64,000 nucleotides of DNA from positions 1-64,000 of IMG/VR virus record IMGVR_UViG_3300043220_000070. One strand, given 5' to 3'. The first letter of the stretch is position 1; each line of letters begins with the position of its first letter. Origin of the DNA: a virus. Taxonomy: Duplodnaviria; Caudoviricetes. Under the pieces are notes generated by a model. It saw only the letters and a list, made by a program, of their open reading frames with translations, did not search any database and had not been told where the DNA came from. Positions 63,301 to 64,000 of the stretch are shown piece by piece. Position numbers and translations under genes: made by a program.

Positions 63301-64000
63301 ATTTGACCGGCTGCATTCTCAATGAAAGGTACCCTTGAGCCTCGGAACGGCGCCATCGTCATCCAGCGGGCCGCGTTGTCCTCTGCGAGCTGGAACTGCC
63401 AACCGAAGGCCGCCTTGAGTGCGGGCTCGTCCGCCACAGCCAACCGGTTAATAATCTCCTGGAGGCGCTTCCCACCTCCCATCGGAACCCAGTTGGCTAC
63501 CTTCCCCGCCATGAGGCGTAAGAAGTCCCGGGCCTCAGGGCGCTCAATGTGGGCACGAATCTTTAAGCGGAACCCTTCAATACTGGGGCCAGTGGCACCA
63601 CCCGCCATAGGGGGGAAGGGGAGCTCCCCAGGCTGTAGCGCGCGCACCCCCTCTGGGTTTGCCACCCGAACGCCTCCCCGAGCGCCGGCGAGACTTTCCT
63701 CGGCCGACATGGAGATGACGGCGCCCTCATCCACCACGACCGTCTGGACAACTGGTTTCCCGCCATGTGCGCGGACATTGACCCCCGCGTAGACTTCAGC
63801 GTCCTTGGCCGAAGCTGTTAGGAAGGCCCCCTCTCCCAGGGCCGCCTCTTGGTTTGTGGATGTACCACGGAAATAGACCCGGCGCTCACCCGCCATTGCC
63901 CCGAGTTCCCCCAGGTCAGCCGGGAGCTTGCCTTCCGCAATAAGCATCTCTGTTGCGGGCTCGCCCCGCACCGGGCGCCAGGCAGACCGCGCCGACCGGT
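60387..64000 (-). CDS. giant internal virion/ejection protein (5'-truncated), with an ART-like segment
   Basis: Frame is open to the window edge (>1200 aa); VYFRGTS..GEGAFLT..DAEVYA near the start, then long helical regions. Confidence 0.7.
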   Translation of the reverse strand, partial: RSARSAWRPVRGEPATEMLIAEGKLPADLGELGAMAGERRVYFRGTSTNQEAALGEGAFLTASAKDAEVYAGVNVRAHGGKPVVQTVVVDEGAVISMSAEESLAGARGGVRVANPEGVRALQPGELPFPPMAGGATGPSIEGFRLKIRAHIERPEARDFLRLMAGKVANWVPMGGGKRLQEIINRLAVADEPALKAAFGWQFQLAEDNAARWMTMAPFRGSRVPFIENAAGQIWVPTKAPVSTGLPARALTRFEASKAGNLFRRGEGEWVAGGDVFESVMRGEKTYLGRLTEEQLGFISQARAAMEPHISFAEQATGMTIKKRDVWWPRFAVDPESKLWSVTAGARRGKPPALFQRQFEVQQEAIAEYGIKYRPGLLNQMEGAIEGMQKLTRDSLMGRYMKEEGILRFGKGPRITETYATELGTTIRGIVSKAHAREIMTVVGQGTKNPVIVLPQKVNAVARLMLTGTLDTGWGAIQLVTLAALNPTAWGEAMARGFYNALIEPKQFYRWMAGSPAAQRYAMYGGDMGFTSELMEAARMGGLGLPRAPVVSPVLDVATFPMRSFINRMTVGFDASLSYGRVLAFDTMAEVATKPGLLVEAMGARLGARPLEGAALHEELFRLARFTDTLIGQPKLGGVISASQHQAESAFVWFATRYTRSFLGTLSYALGRGYTPAQARAIIAKMLVGGASIVSGLIAARGVSTGKSQDEIFDEIKEALNPAGGKKFMSMKIGKDWYGLGGTYRAGFALAGGLANKDNWEFENWEEALVQNPIVRGWRSRAAPFTGQMMNFGPSLAGLLTGNTEIEGSDFLGYSVNISEMVDDPRVLGDYALDNFAPITLDALLQGGSIQRGTPRFIAEFFGLRTSPETAWEALEPVLNRVSQYAFGVPWSDLENNTPAQDLVRNNPDVVAVTEGRVRPIRDRPQERFWRRYREGRETIAETHVETRQRVEDSYTAGRMNGSDYREQYGEAQAAEYFELRGFREGLGVDFTDQGVAPTGTVNSALDAYYAVDLDDYRDKDTLVPDWEAFFADRDAALAQVPEEFLPLVETWLRRRETEVRRHMRGRFEEVVEPTGYLRMREEVSVALGISLDDLEAQIVKDFRGKDRRASPGDVARLTDKYLNMMLESAYGDGAPSISELRQTLREINPVMDAELFRQGFTTTVRSEAAQEYLRRSQQKWPDMGYFEAPLSGDIAERLKRERR

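Noticed and set aside
1-64000. Stop-codon reassignment
   Set aside because: TAA, TAG and TGA all end well-supported genes, and the long conserved genes are intact in the standard code.
1-64000. Canonical tRNA, tmRNA or rRNA genes
   Set aside because: No cloverleaf with a GTTCRA T-loop was found; only the atypical 11513-11582 element.

Overview
A 64-kb fragment of a GC-rich tailed dsDNA bacteriophage genome, probably podovirus-like. No integrase, portal or large terminase is visible in this window. The host cannot be assigned; near-consensus sigma70 promoters, AGGAGG ribosome-binding sites and a GH25 lysin point to a peptidoglycan-bearing bacterium. Layout: (i) 1-4.3 kb, mostly minus-strand small genes with their own promoters and a candidate structured ncRNA; (ii) 4.4-12 kb, a plus-strand early/host-takeover region of microproteins, including an ArdA-like DNA mimic and a DUF3574/SAM-lyase-like protein; (iii) 12-35 kb, replication and recombination genes (SF2 helicase, DnaB-like helicase, primase, SSB, RecA, a split Rad50/SbcC with Mre11/SbcD, resolvase, UDG-fused family A DNA polymerase, and a second degenerate PolA); (iv) 36-40.7 kb, nucleotide-metabolism genes and an endolysin; (v) 40.7-64 kb, the minus-strand virion operon (holin-like genes, tail fibres, adaptors, decoration proteins, major capsid protein, scaffold, and a 5'-truncated giant internal protein). 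The most unusual signal is at 4.9-6.3 kb, where consecutive early gene units are each enclosed by their own co-varying ~28-nt inverted repeats, which also supply the stop codon. Other highlights are the pseudo-polymerase, a poly-C frameshift in a tail fibre, a dispersed GTG-N3-CACAA iteron/operator family, and apparently leaderless HNH genes. All calls come from reading motifs by eye; no database searches were run.
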